Shown: positions 37,047-50,018, counted from the first letter of the stretch. The stretch is DNA of 64,000 bases from Vicugna vicugna (GCA_013265495.1 MU058198.1:942419-1006418), one strand, 5' to 3'. Translations and numbers: made by a program. Notes: a model not told the origin generated them from the letters alone.

Positions 37047-37549
37047 ACCAAGTTACCTGTTTGTACCAGGTGGGGAAATGTGTGATGGCAAAAAGTTGGA
37101 AAAAAATTACATCTGAGGGTGACACATTGTGATTATTTAAGCATTTAAGTAATCTCCAGGCAGTAGTAATCTCACACTTAGGGGCTGTGCAGAATTATGT
37201 TCCCCTTCCTAACAGACCCTGATTTCCCCTCGGAGCGTGATCCTCTCTGCCAGACATGTTCTCAGAAGGAGAGTGAATTCAGGCTCCCGCTGCCCCTTTA
37301 TGGAAGTAGAAGGGGCCAGATCTTTGAGTCAGGAGTGAGGGGTGGGCAGGCAGGTATCCTAAAGCTGATCAGTTAGATTCCGGTTCTGGGGCTTAGGATC
37401 TTGAGTGAGTGAAACGAGGGCAGGAGAGATGAATTTCATTCATGTCCGTGGGGACGGCCCCCCAGGACTCATCTGCTCTGGGGTCATTTCTGTGGTTCAC
37501 ATTTTCTGCCATTCCCAGATCTATGGTTTCCTGATTCCCTGAGAGCCCT

Positions 37550-38010
37550 CTAGTATCTCCTCACTCCCATGCTCACGGCAGCATTGCTCACAAACACCAA
37601 GATACGGCCACAACCTAAGTGTTCGTTGATGAGTGAATGGATAAAGATAACATAGTACAGACAGACAATGGAGTACCATTCAGCCTTAAAAAAGGAGATC
37701 CTGCCATTTGTGACAACAGTCCCAGAGAAAAAAATACAAACACTGCATAATTCCACTTACATGAAGTATCTAAATGAGCAAACTCATGGAAGCAGAAGTA
37801 GAATTGTGGCTGCCAGGGGCAGGGGCTGGTGGGGAGGAAATGGAGAGTTGCTAGTCACAGGTATAAAGTTTCAGTTACACAAGATGATTAAGTTCTAGAG
37901 ACATTTAACATCCTGCCTATAGTTAGTAATATTGCATTATACACTTAAACATGCGTTAAAAGGGTAGATCTGATGTTTAAATGTACTTACTACAATTTTT
38001 AAAAATCCCC
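37550..38010 (+). mobile_element. L1 3' end (L1MA-like)
   Basis: caacctaagtgttcgttgatgagtgaatggataaag...cagccttaaaaaaggagatcctgccatttgtgacaac...aagttctagagac. Confidence 0.85.
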
Positions 38011-38227
38011 CAAATATAAAGACAGTCTAACTAAGGCTCCGTAAATGTGTGACAAATATTTCTCAAAAAACGAACAAAATGAAACCAAACCTCCCCTTCA
38101 TTTATGTTAGTCACTGAAGGATCCTGTTACTAGCATCTCAAGGACGTGCATCGATCAGTTGATTATCTTTGTTCTCATCACATTTGTAACACATCACAAC
38201 TGGTAGAACTTCACTTGTAACAAAATA

Positions 38228-38615
38228 CAGGCATACCTTGTTTTATTGTGCTTCACAGATCATGAAATTGAAGGTTTGGGCAACCCTGTATTGTTGAGCA
38301 AGTCTATCATGCACCATTTTTGCAACACTATTTGCTCACTTCGTGTCTCTGTGTTACATTTTGGTAATTTTCGATAAATTTCAAACCCTTCACCAGCAAA
38401 AGATTATGATTAGTTGAGGCCATGGGTGATGGTTGGCATTTTTCAGCTAAAGTATTTTTTAAGTAAGATGTGTACATTGTTCTTTTTTTAGATGCAGTGG
38501 TATTACTAGACCACAATACAGTGCACTGGGAAACAAAAACATTTGTGTGACTCACTTTTTCTTGCAATATTTGCTTTGTCACTATGTTTATCACAGTATC
38601 ACTGAGGTATGCCTC
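38228..38615 (+). mobile_element. Internally deleted Tigger1 (TcMar) element
   Basis: TIRs caggcatacct ... aggtatgcctc flanked by TA on both sides; Tigger1-like left and right terminal sequences. Confidence 0.85.
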
Positions 38616-39773
38616 TATCACATAGGTAGCCGCATAAACCATTTAATTTTAATTCTCATCATTACTATGTGAAGTGGCCAAGGCTTAATTAGTTCATTTT
38701 GTCCACGAGAAATCCATGGCTCAGAGAGAGAAAGCAGTGTCCCCACGATGACCTAGTGCTTGAGAATTGTGGGACCTGCAGAGATAAATTCTGTCCAATT
38801 CTCCCACTTTACAGATGAGAGAATTGAGGTCCAGAATGAGGTGTCCGCACATCACATTAGTGTCAGAGCTGGAACACAAAGGCAGCTTTTATAACTCAAA
38901 GTGGATGCCATTCACTGCATCATTGAGAATTGGCTCCAAAAGAGACAATAACAGTAACTGAGAGTTACCATCATGTGTGTGTGTTACGTGAATAAAAAGT
39001 TACCAAATGTCATTCTCCTCAGATCTGTATAGTTTCAGGATGCCAAGAATTCTCACATGTCATATAACGCCTAGAACATTCCAGGTACTCAAGCCATCAG
39101 ACTAGAGGAGGACAGAAAGTATGAATGTTCTTTCCAGCTAGCTCATCACGAAAACATTCCCCAACCCTGTAGTTTTTTTTTTCTCTCCAACCACTGCACT
39201 ACAACTGCCAAAAAGTTCAATTTTCTTTAAGAGCCTTAGAAATAGTCCTAAGAGGGAGGCATGGGATATTAAGAGCAGTGAGAGTGAAGATACTTACCAG
39301 AATCTTCCCCACAGGGATAAAACATTGAAATGTTCAGAAAGCATGACTCATCAATGTACAGATAAGGCTGGTTCTGCCCAGCACCAATGGTGACAGAAGC
39401 AGAGCAGCTAGAAAGGCCAGCAGGTAGGCAATCTAATGGCTGGACCAGGCTAGGTGGGGGCAGAAGAATGAGCTGTCCTGCTCAGGGAAGTTTCAGAATG
39501 TCCTGAATGCCTGAGCACTGAGGGCTGTCTCCTCTGGAACAGCACTGTCATCCCAGGGACTCTGTATTACTGATCCAAGTGAACAATTTACAGTCTAATG
39601 GCTGGTTCCACTACCGCTCTGCCTTTCTCTGTAGCTGCCCTGTGGGAGGAGAAGCTACAGAAGATTTGGAGAGAGAATGTAGTGCTTTGCCCAGGTGAGG
39701 GTTACCCATACACCTGACTGCTAGCTTCTAAAGCTGGTAGGTCCCTGGGGCCTCCTTAAGAGAGCCATGTGAG

Positions 39774-39880
39774 GTACTCACTTCAGCAACACATGTGCTA
39801 AGATTGGAGCGATACAGGGAAGATTGGCCTGGCCCCTGCGGAAGGGTGGCATGCAAACCCGTGAAGCATTCCATGATTTT
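39774..39880 (+). pseudogene. RNU6: Full-length U6 snRNA retrocopy (5' part of a U6/L1 chimera)
   Basis: Aligns end to end with canonical U6 (GTGCTCGCTTCGGCAGCAC...GTGAAGCGTTCCATATTTT) with 18 substitutions and 1 insertion by hand count; ACAGAGA box is ACAGGGA and the AGC triad is GGC; no PSE/TATA evident upstream. Confidence 0.93.
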
Positions 39881-40304
39881 ATCCTCATTCTCGGCGTAGT
39901 AAGCCAGAAAGAGAAAGAAAAATATCACATATCACTCATGTGTGGAATCTAAAGAAAAAAAAAAAGAGAGAGAGAAAAGAAGACACTAATGAACTCATCC
40001 ACAAAGTAGTAACAGACTCTCAGACATAGTAAACAATCTTACGGTTATCAGGGAAAGGGGATGGCAAGGGATAAATCTGGGAGTTTGAGATTTGCAAATG
40101 TTAACCACTGTATATAAAAATAGACAAAAAACAAATTTCTGTATAGCACAGGCAGCTAGGTTCAATATCCCTTATTAACCTTTAATGAAAAAGAGTATGA
40201 AAATGAATATATGTATATACATACATGACTGGTACATTATTCTGTACACCAGAAATTTACACCTTGTAACTGACTATACTTCAATTACAAAAAAAAAAAA
40301 AAAA
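39881..40304 (+). mobile_element. 5'-truncated L1 3' end with poly(A), fused to U6
   Basis: gtaagccagaaagagaaagaaaaata...tgtggaatctaaa...ctgtatagcacagg...tgtaactgactatacttcaatta + A16; TSD agagagccatgtgag (39759-39773) vs agagattcatatgag (40314-40328). Confidence 0.9.
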
Positions 40305-40553
40305 GAGAGAGAGAGAGATTCATATGAGGCTTTCCCAAATTGGTGACTTCTGATTCTGGAAAATAAATGCCATGATCTGTCATGATCTATGGCGAGATTT
40401 CAAACTTTGGATCCGGGTAGAATTGGGTTGAAGAGATCTTTGTGACCTTGGCTGAGTCACTTCTCTCTGTGTCCCAGTTTCTAACATGTAAACCAGAGAT
40501 GAAAAAGACGTCTGCCTCACAGGGTTGTTATTAGGATCAAAGAGAATGACTTA

Positions 40554-41010
40554 GCATGTCCTCAGATCTCGCCATTTGAGTACCATGTGCATGATTTTTA
40601 CCTCTGGTACTATTATTAACATAGTATTTCTCTTTAAGTTGATTCACTTAGAAATACCTCTATGTAGAAATTAGATATTTAAAATTCATTTAAAAATTAA
40701 TTTTTATCATGTGTAATCTAATTACTCTCTCTTGTTCTATAAAGAAGGAAATCACTGAAGAAATCATGGAGGGGAAAACCAGCGTCATGAGAATTTTAGC
40801 TAGAATTGTAGCCTGCCAAGGCTCTGAGTCTGAGGCCTACTCATTCTTTGTTGAAAGCAGAGATTAGCAATTGCTAGAGAGGCGTTAAAGATACGCTAGC
40901 ACCCACTGTGCTGTCATCAGAATGATGGGAAAGGGGTAAACTCTCTCACCATGTGATTCAGTGTCACTTAATACTGGGTCTAGGAACCCCTAACATTACC
41001 TTCTCCATGG
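40554..41010 (+). mobile_element. MER113-like hAT-Charlie element
   Basis: gtaccatgtgcatgattttt...ttttagctagaattgtagcctgccaaggctctgagtctgaggcc; homologous to 20236-21125. Confidence 0.6.
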
Positions 41011-41015
41011 TCTCT

Positions 41016-41386
41016 TGTCTTAGCCTGTTCAGCCTGCTATAACAGAACACCATAGAGTTGGTAGCTTATAAACCACAGAAATTTATTCTGGAGGATAAAT
41101 AGACCTTGGAGGTCACGGCACCAGCAGGTTCGACGTAGTGGCTGGCGAGGGCTCACTTCCTGGTTCGTGGCCAGAGCATTCTTGCTGTGTCTTTATTTGA
41201 TGGAAGGGGGCTAGGGAGCTCTGTAGGGCCTCTTTTTTTTCATAAGGGCACTAATCCTATTCATGAGGGTCCCACCCTCATGGTCTAATCAGCCCAAAGG
41301 CCCCCATCTTCTAACTCCATCATCTTTTGGGGTTAGAATTTCAACACATGGATGGGTTGTGTGGGTACAACATTCAGACCACAGCA
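41016..41386 (-). mobile_element. MLT1A/MLT1A0 solo LTR
   Basis: TG...CA termini (tgtcttagcctgttcagcctgctataacag ... cattcagaccacagca), ataagggcactaatcctattcatgagg; flanks tctct/tcttt resemble a 5-bp TSD. Confidence 0.85.
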
Positions 41387-42290
41387 TCTTTTGTGATTCT
41401 ATTTGGGAAAACATGATGACGTATGTCTTACACAATGCCTGGCCTGTAGGATATGCTCAACACATAGGCCACACTCTGCCCTGTCCCACCTCTGCCTCCT
41501 GACCAACCCTGGCGCCTCACTGTGTGGCCCAGCCTCCTGTTTCTAGGGATCTCCGAGTATACCCTTCCTCTTGCTCAGTCCAGACACACTGCTCTTTTAC
41601 CTTCCTCCATGATTACACCAAACTCTGTTTTGCCTCTGGGCCTTCATGCTTTCTGTTGCCTGTGGTCAACCATTATTCAACTCTGTTCAGGTCTCCCCTT
41701 CTGTGTCCAGAGCAGCTCTAGTTCGATCACTGCTTGATATTATTTTCTTATTTTAATTATCTGTGTATCACCTCTTCTCTCCCACTTCAGTGTGAGCTTC
41801 ATGAGGACGGGGATCTTGTCTGTCTTGTCTCCACCATCTCATGGAAAAGGTGATCAGCAACTATTTTTTAAATGTATGATTTCTGTGATTTCATCTCCAC
41901 CCCTCTAATGGTTTGGTAAAATTCCCCCCACCCCATTTTACAGATGAGGAAACAGCCCCGAAGAGCTTAAAAGAAATTTATCTGAGGCTACACAGCCAGT
42001 AGGTGGCAGACCCAAGATTTGAAACCAGATAGACTTGACTCCAGAATCATTACACTGAGGTCCCAAGACTTAAACGTTGTGCTTAAGATCACCTAGATAC
42101 AAAGGATTCCAGGCCAGCTCTGTCTGACCCCAGATTTCCTACTGTAGCCACTAGATCATCTTGCTTTTTGAAATAGAAGAATTTGAAGCTTCAGAGCCCT
42201 GATTACCCAAATGCTTGAGGTCAATTTGCACCCATATTGGTCGATGGAGAGATGACTGAACTGTAACCACCAATGACATCTTATTGATTT

Positions 42291-43036
42291 TTGGCAACAA
42301 AAATATTCTGATTCCAATTTCAGTATGTGTTTCCTGCCCCCTACACCAAGCAATTCTCCAGTGCTGGCTAGGTGTCCTATAATTCAACTCAATTCTGACG
42401 CTATCTATAATAATGTCAGGTCCATCGGCTATGGGCTCACACGAGGTTGCCCCACCCTTCCCCAACCCTGTCCTACTCCAGACATCCATCGCTAGTCCAG
42501 GTTGTACCAGTGCTTCTGACCAACCGACTACAGATTGGAGGTTCCAACTACCCGCTCCTTGGGTTCGATTAATTTGCTAGAGTGTCTTACAGAGATCAGA
42601 GAAACATTTTACTTATTAGGTTACTGGTTTATAATAAAAGGATGTAGCTCAGGAGTAGCCTGTTGGAAGAGATGCCCTGGGCAAAGCAGGGGGAAGGGAG
42701 TTTGGAGTTCACCAACCTGGAAGCACTCTGAACGCAAGACTTTTAGGTTTTTATGGAGGCTTCATTTCATAGGCATGATTGGTTAAGTCATTGGCCATTG
42801 ACTGTTGATTCAACCTCCAGCTCCTCTCCTCTCCCTGGAGGTCAGAAGGGTGAGACTGAAAGTTCCAACCCTCCAAGCCCTTATCTAGATGTGGAGAAAA
42901 ACTCACCTCACTAACATAACAAAAGATACCTTCATCTCCCCCAATGCTTAGGGAATTCGAAGGGTTTTTGGAACTCTGTGCCAGGAGCAGGACAAAGACT
43001 GAATACATAATTCTTATTTAAAATCACAATATCACA
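42291..43036 (-). mobile_element. MER21-family LTR
   Basis: ggtgtcctataattcaactcaattctgac...ccttgggttcgattaatttgctagagtg...aaatcacaatatcaca. Confidence 0.8.
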
Positions 43037-43954
43037 GTGCACAAGGCAAATCTAATAATTAAAGGAGGGCTCCAGTGGCCATCCTTGGAGAGTGCATCCC
43101 CCAGAGACTGGAGGCATTTCTGTAGACCGATCACCCATCCGGCTGTGCTCATGTTTTCCTGTTCTCTACTTCTCTTAGACCCGCAGCCAGCCTGTGCCTC
43201 CAACGTGTCCCCCATGTTCCTTGACAAAGCACAGAGAGCTCTTCACAGCCTGCACTTAGTTCATCCCTCCACTTCTCTGTCCCAGCCTCTGACCCAAACA
43301 GCCTTTGTCATGTTACTGCACCCAATTCTTTGAAACTAAATGAAACTTAGCTTGATTTGGATCCCAGCACTCTGTTTACTGGCAGCGCGGTTTGGCAAGC
43401 AATTTTACCTCTTTAAACCTCAGTTTTCTCATTTACATAAATGGAGGCAATATTTTCCAACCTTGCAAAATTACGAAGAACATTAAAGCATGCACACAAT
43501 ATTTGTTGAGCAAACAAATCTCATTTCATCTTAACAACACTTTGAGATGGATGCAATTATCACGTCCATTTTAAGGCTGAGGAAACGGAGGCTCAAAGAG
43601 AGTATTTTGTAAGTACTTGCCCCAGATCACACAGCCAGTAAGTGATAAAACTGGGTTTGAGCATAGACGATCCGAATCAGGAGTCCACGCTCTGAGCCAG
43701 TTTCCCAATGTCCCGAGAGGTTAGGTGTCATTACCCTAAATTGTTAGTTTTCTTTCTTCCACTTTATTACATGCCTATGAAGAGGAATTAATGATAGAAT
43801 CTACTTCATGAGTTTGTTGTAGGGATGATATATGAAATATCTCGAAGGAAATATCAATTCTGAAATGCTTAGTACAGTATTTGAAACGGACCAAGTGTGA
43901 GTCAGTGTACAATGAATCCTATTCTTATGAGTGGTGGGGGCATTACTGTGGTTG

Positions 43955-44400
43955 ATTTCATCAGAATGCATTCGGCTGCAAATAACAGAAAACGGGATTC
44001 AAGTGGATGAAACGAAAAGATCTATTTTCCTCCATGGAAGCAAGTCCTGAGACAGATGGATCCAGGGCTGTTCAATCCGTGCCTGGTTGAGTGACACCAT
44101 CAAGGGACCAGATTTCTTTGTCTTCGGCTCTGCTGTCTTTGATGTTTCCGCTTTCCTCTCCAGTTTGTTCCTCTCATGCTTGCAAGATGGTGGCAGCTAT
44201 TCTGTGCATATCACACAAAAGAGGAGCCGTTTCTTCCCTTGTGCTTCTTTATTTATTTATTTTTTTCAGCAAGGAAAACCTTTTTTAAAACCTCCTCTAC
44301 TCCCTGAGACTTTTCAGATCGTCATGGCCAGAGCTGTATTGCCATCCTGTACTTCCACCAGCCACCAGAATTGTAGAAGAATGAGTGGTAGGTAGGGCTT
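43955..44400 (-). mobile_element. MaLR LTR (MLT1J/K-like)
   Basis: tcagaatgcattcggctgcaaataacagaaaac...gacaccatcaagggacccag-like...gcaagatggtggcag. Confidence 0.6.
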
Positions 44401-45535
44401 CACAACACAAAACTGATAGTCCGACCCCCCTCCCAACCCGAGTGACGGTGGGCAACTTACTTCTCTAAGTCTCCAATTTTTTCACCTGTGAAACGGAGAT
44501 ACCATTGACTGATTCTCAATATTGTAGTGAGATTTAAATAAGCTAATGTAAAGTACCAGAAAACTGAGTGACTTATCAACCTTCATCCCCTTACTCAATT
44601 TCAGTCATCACAAAATGGTAAAGTGACACCAAATATTCCAAAGTTAATTTTCAGGATATGACTCATCATTTACAGGTTGTGGGGCTCTGGCTAAATTGCT
44701 TGATTTTAATTTTTCTTGGAATTTCAAGGATGATGGTGGTAACTATGAGAATAATACTTGCCACCTTTTGCACGTGTTTGCTGGGTGCCAGGCACCCTGC
44801 ATTAGCCAGCTTCATGCTCATGACCATCTACATTACCTAGGCATGGACTTCACTTTATAGGTAAGAGATTAAGGAACATGACAAGATTACATAAGTATTA
44901 AGTGGTCGTGCTAAGAAGTGAATTCTGGTTTGTCTGTACTAAAAGCCCCACATTTTTAGTGCCTCTACTTCCAATATAATGGATTTCAGTTTCCTCATAT
45001 GTAAACGGGCATAACAATATATTCCCTTGCCCACTTCATAGGGTTTAGGGTAGAATCAAATATGATTGCATCCGAGAAAGTCCATTTAAAACTCTGAATG
45101 ACAAGAGATCACTTCCGTCAGTACGGCTAACGACTGGTAGCAGACATAGGAGACACAGTCCAGGACCTGTAGGCGACAGTCACTGATGCTGAATTGTTAC
45201 CATCTACCTGCTCCTTTAAGGAGTCTGAATCCTTAGTGCATCCTTCCCTCCCCACACCCCCCCAGGCTGAAGTATTTATGTGCCTCATTCTGTTTCATAT
45301 GCCCTGGGATCCTAGCTCTTCTTCCAAGGTGACAACTAGATAATATGATAAATTAATTGGTGCCAAGGGGCTAATGGGAAAATGATATAGGAGGTGCTAG
45401 GAGGACTGCCGTCTCCCTCCTGCCCCGCTTCCTGCATGGCTTTCTCCTTATCTTCCCTTACCCCTCCAAATGTTCACTTTGGTAATAGCTTCTGGGAAAA
45501 TGCCCTCTGTGCTCCCACCTCACACTCCTCTATGG

Positions 45536-45759
45536 CAGTGGCTTTACACTGAGGGTGGTTTTGTTCCCCAGGGGATGCTTGACCATGTCTGCTGATATGT
45601 TTGGTGCGTCACCAATGGGAGATGGAGCCCTGCTACTGGAACCTGGTGGGTAGAGAGGCCAGAGATGCTGCTCAATGTCCTGCAGTGCACAGGACAGCCC
45701 CCTACAGCAAAGAATTATCTGGCTCCTAATGTCAGTAGGGCTGAGGTTGAGAAACCTGG
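45536..45759. mobile_element. MER20 DNA transposon
   Basis: gtgggtagagaggccagagatgctgctcaatgtcctgcagtgcacaggacagcccc..aaagaattatctggc...tgaggttgagaaacc. Confidence 0.85.
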
Positions 45760-45853
45760 CTCGGCTATGATCAGATTCCTTAAGGATTCTTAACTAAGGA
45801 AGATGAAGTCAGTGGGAGGGGAATAGTCAAGTGTTGTTTGGATTGCATGTTTT

Positions 45854-45970
45854 TTATTTTTTAATTTAATTTAATTTTTTTTAATGGAGGTACTGGGGAT
45901 GGAACCCAGGACCTGCCTGCTAAGCATGCACTCTGCCACTGAGCTATTCCTCCTGCTGCCCCCACCACCC
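45854..45970 (-). mobile_element. tRNA-Ala(AGC)-derived SINE with A-rich tail and TSD
   Basis: Minus strand atagctcagtggcagagtgcatgcttagcaggcaggtcctgggttccatccccagtacctcca + A-rich tail; flanks tggattgcatgtttt / ttgatttcatgtttt. Confidence 0.85.
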
Positions 45971-46689
45971 TTGATTTCATGTTTTGAAAGTATTTGACCA
46001 GCTTCCAAGACTCCGTTTTGCTAACAGGTCCCATCTCCTAGGCATAGGTTTAGGAGGTTGGTCAAAAGGGGAGAAAAGATTCGGGAGTGACCAGTCAGAG
46101 TTCTTCTCTGGGTTTTTTTTTTTTCCTTCAAATGGGAGGCAGAAGAGAAAAAATTTTTTTCACTCTGGGCCCAGACCTGTTAGGATGTGAACTCAGAGAA
46201 ACATAGGATAGGAGATCACAGAATTGGTAGCAGAAGGAGACAGCTGACATGAGGCAGAGACAGACTGTAAGATGGCATTGGGGACACTGAGTCTAGCCGT
46301 TTCTTAGCTTCAGCCCTGACCTTCCTGTTGTTTGGCTTAAACAAGTTCAAACACGAGCCTGTCATTTGCCATCAAAGAGTTCTAACCCAGCCATGTTTAA
46401 GGAAAGTTTTTAGAGAGACACAGGATTTCTGGGTGCTGGGCGCACTGTGCTGCACTTGGAGGGGTTTAACTAGGGAGAAGTGATGTGTGACAGACAGATC
46501 GTCTCGGGATGTGGACCTTCTTAGAGGGCAAATGACAAACGAAGTAACGAAGTTTTTGGAAATTCTAAATAATTCACGTATTTAGAAGAGACATTTTTAT
46601 AAAGAAAGTTCCACATTTTTATAAATTAAGTTCCACATATCTTTCTCTTCTTATAATGATGACTAATCTATTTTTCTCCAACCACCAAA

Positions 46690-47990
46690 CATAGTTTAGA
46701 AAACTGAAGAGGAAAAGGAAAGCATATTGTAGTTACCCAGATTTTTGTTTACCATGTCCCTTCTTCCTTCTTGATGTTCCAAGGTTCCTTTTAAAAAATT
46801 ATTTCCTTCCTGTTTAGAGAGATTTTTTTTTTCCCTAGCCATTCTTTAGGCTTCTGGGGACGTCTTCACCTAACAGTGTGTTGATTTCCTCTTTATTCCT
46901 GAAGGACGTTTTCACTGGGTACACGATGCTGGATTGACAGCTTTTTTTTTCTTTTGGCACCTAAAAATATTGTGTCTTTCCTTCTAAATTCCATGATTTC
47001 TGAAAATAAATCTGATATCATTTGGATTGGTTTTTCTTCCCCTCTTGCTAAGGTGTAATATTGGGTTTTTTTTAATGGCTGTTTTTAAGAGTTTTAAAAT
47101 TTGTCTCTAGTTTCCAGAAGTTTGTTTATGATGCATGACTCTCTTTGGGTTTGGGAGTTGTTCATCTTCTTGAATCTGTGGGTTTATGGCTCTTGTCAAA
47201 TTTGGGAAGTTTTCAACCATCATTTCTTTGAGGACTTTTTCAAACTCACCCTCTTCCTCCTTTCCTTCTGGGACTCTGATGACATGAGTGTTAGACCTTC
47301 TACACCCTCACGGGTCCCTGAGGCCCCTTTTCATTTCCTTTTTTTTTTTTTCAGTCTGTTTTCTTTCTGTTTTCTGAGCTGGGTAATTGCCATTTTTCTA
47401 TCTATCGGATCATGGAGTATTTCCTCTCTCCCATCCTTTCTGCTGTTGAGCCTATTCAGCGAGTCTTAAAATTTTGCTTATTGTCTTTTTTAAGTTTTAA
47501 AGTTTCATTTGGTTCTTTTTTCTTATCTTCTGCTTGTTTTCTGACACTTTCTACTTATTTACAGAGGTTTTCTATTTTTTCATCTGCCTCAGGTGTGTTT
47601 GTAATTGCTCGTAAAGGCAATTTTACAGCAGTGGCTGCTTTAAATTCCTTGTCAGATTATTTTAACCTCTCTGGCATCTTGGCATCGATTAATTGTATTC
47701 TTTCATTCAGGTTGAGATAGTCCTGGTTCTTGGTCTGATGAGTGTTGTTTAGTTGAAGCCTGTATGTTTTTGCATTATGTTCTGAGACTCTGGATCTTAC
47801 GAAAGCCTTTTGTTTTGGCTGGTTTTTCTCTTGACGCTGCTTTGGCAGGGGAAGTGAGTAGGCTACCCTGCTACTCTCAGGTGGAAGTGGAAGTTGCACC
47901 CATGTTTGTTTTCTATATACTATCTAGGGGGTTTAGTTGCACTTAGCAGGGGGAAAGAAAAAAGTACGTCTACCTGACCTTCTTGGAAAC
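46690..47990 (-). mobile_element. Old L1 5'/ORF1 region
   Basis: T-rich plus strand with tctttattcctgaaggacgttttcactgggta, cttcttgaatctgtgggtttatgg..tcaaatttgggaagttttcaaccat. Confidence 0.75.
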
Positions 47991-50018
47991 TAATTTCTTT
48001 TATTTGTTTGAGCATTTACCAAGTGCCTGAAATGCAGTGCAAAGTGCATATACTTTGCAGTCAGGTTCAGTGAAGTCTGAGTCCCAGTTCCACACTTACA
48101 GGCTGTCCTGAGAATCAACAAGAATATATAAGCATTTCTTGTATATAAATCTTAGCACCAAATCCATGCAGTTGATCTTATCAACATAATTTTACAGATG
48201 GGAAAAGGCTCAGTGAGGTAAGGCAAGGTCATTTTCTCAAGATAATTTGACCCTCAACTTGCCACCCCACCATGGATGGAGAAGAAATAAAGAAATACAC
48301 AGAAAGAGGACTATGGGTGGCAGCTTGGTGTTAGGTGGCATGAGGAATGAGAGGAGGAGACAGTATGGGAGGCTGGAAGTAACCTTGGAGTGGGCATCAC
48401 AAGACCTCGGATCTGGTCCCAACTGGGTCACCAGGTTAGTTGTGTGATCTCCCACAACTCTTAACTTCTCTGTGCCTTTCTGTCTAGTGAATGCAAAAGT
48501 GTACGTTCCATGGTACCTAAGGTGCTTTTTCACTGCTATAATTTTAATGATGAATCTAAGATATATTAAGTTCCAAGGACATTCTAGATGCAATACATGG
48601 GAGAATGAAGATCTATTAAACTCAGAAACAGACACAGAACATCAGCATGGAACCAGAGTGCTGAAAATACTTTGGCCAAGACCTTGGTCAAGGGGAGGAA
48701 AGAGGTGATTATCCATAAAGTCATTTTAAATGCCTCAGGGTCATCAAGTAATGCAGGATGAATCTTCTCTTGGAAGATAAGCCTTTTCATTAGAAAAGAA
48801 GCTGGGCTCTTCCTCTTTCTTGAGACTTGCCTTGGTGCCTCAGGCTGACTTTAGTTACCTCCCACCGCTTGGTCTCTTATCACAAGTCTTAACTTATTTA
48901 CAAATGTGCCTTCCAAATGCACAGTGAGTTCCTCCAGGGCAGGAACTGGCTGTATAACAACAGAGCCAGCTGAGGGTGTTTTGCGCACTCACCACGTACT
49001 TCATCTTGTCTTCTCACAAACAACTCTGTGAGTTATGTACCGTACCTTCCCCTCAATTTTATACAGGAGGGAACTGAGGTTCAGAGAGGCTCCGGGACCT
49101 GTCTAAGGGCATTCAGCTTGCCAGTGACAGAGCCCAGAAGTTAACTTAGTTCTCCCTGCTTGTCAACCCCGTTATTGACCACTATACTATGTCACATCCT
49201 CTGTATTATCTTTGTAAATCCAGAGCCCTATATGATGTTGGGAACAGGGTAATTGGTCAATAATGTTTGCTGAATGGATGAGTTGAAGGAAGAAATGAAA
49301 GGATGAAGGGAGGAAGAAAGAAAGATGATGGAAGAGTAGATTAAACGATGGATAAAAGGATGACTAAAAGAAAGGAAAGGCTGTAGGGTTGATGGATTGA
49401 TTGATACATTAAAAAACGAATGCGTGCATAGAGAGATGGATGGATGTAACATCTTGAAATACGTAGTGAGGTCATAAGATGATCCCAGGCTACGCTAATA
49501 GAGAAATAATAGTCTGCAGTAAGTCCTGTCTTCCTTTCTTCCAATGGTTTATGCAGCTAGAAAACAGCGGAGCATTGGAAACTGGTCTGCCGGATGCAGA
49601 AGCTCAAGCTCCTGGCCCCTCTGGTATAATTCTGGAGAGTGTCCTCCATATCCAAGGGCCTCCTTGGAGGGGGGACTCCATTGCAGGATGTCTGAGCAAC
49701 AGAGTTCTTATAGTCAGATGGGCAGGGGTCACAGTTTGGGGTATGGGGCGGAAAGGATTCAATCATCCTGGAACAGGCACCGAGAGCGGGTCCAGTTCTC
49801 AGGAGAGGAAGGTGGGAAGGGTGAAGTAACGCAAATATGACGAACTGAGTCTTCAAGATTAATCAGCTGGGTGACCTTAGGCAGGTTATTTGATCTCACT
49901 GAGCCCCTGTTTCAAAATGAGGATGTTATGACACCCATTTTACAAGATTACTTCAAGAATTAAGTGAAATAGTATAAGCATTAAAAATGCCTGATATGAG
50001 TTCTCAATAAATGATAGC

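Noticed and set aside
36443..37132. His/Thr-, Cys/Val- and Glu/Arg/Gly-rich ORFs
   Set aside because: Translations of (TG)n and polypurine simple repeats
39774..39880. Functional U6 gene
   Set aside because: Catalytic ACAGAGA and AGC motifs mutated; fused to L1 with poly(A) and TSD
45880..45952. Functional tRNA-Ala gene
   Set aside because: Deletion 3' of the anticodon, altered T-loop, A-rich tail and TSD mark it as a SINE
47101..47946. Hydrophobic Phe/Leu/Ser-rich ORFs resembling membrane proteins
   Set aside because: Antisense reading of T-rich L1 sequence
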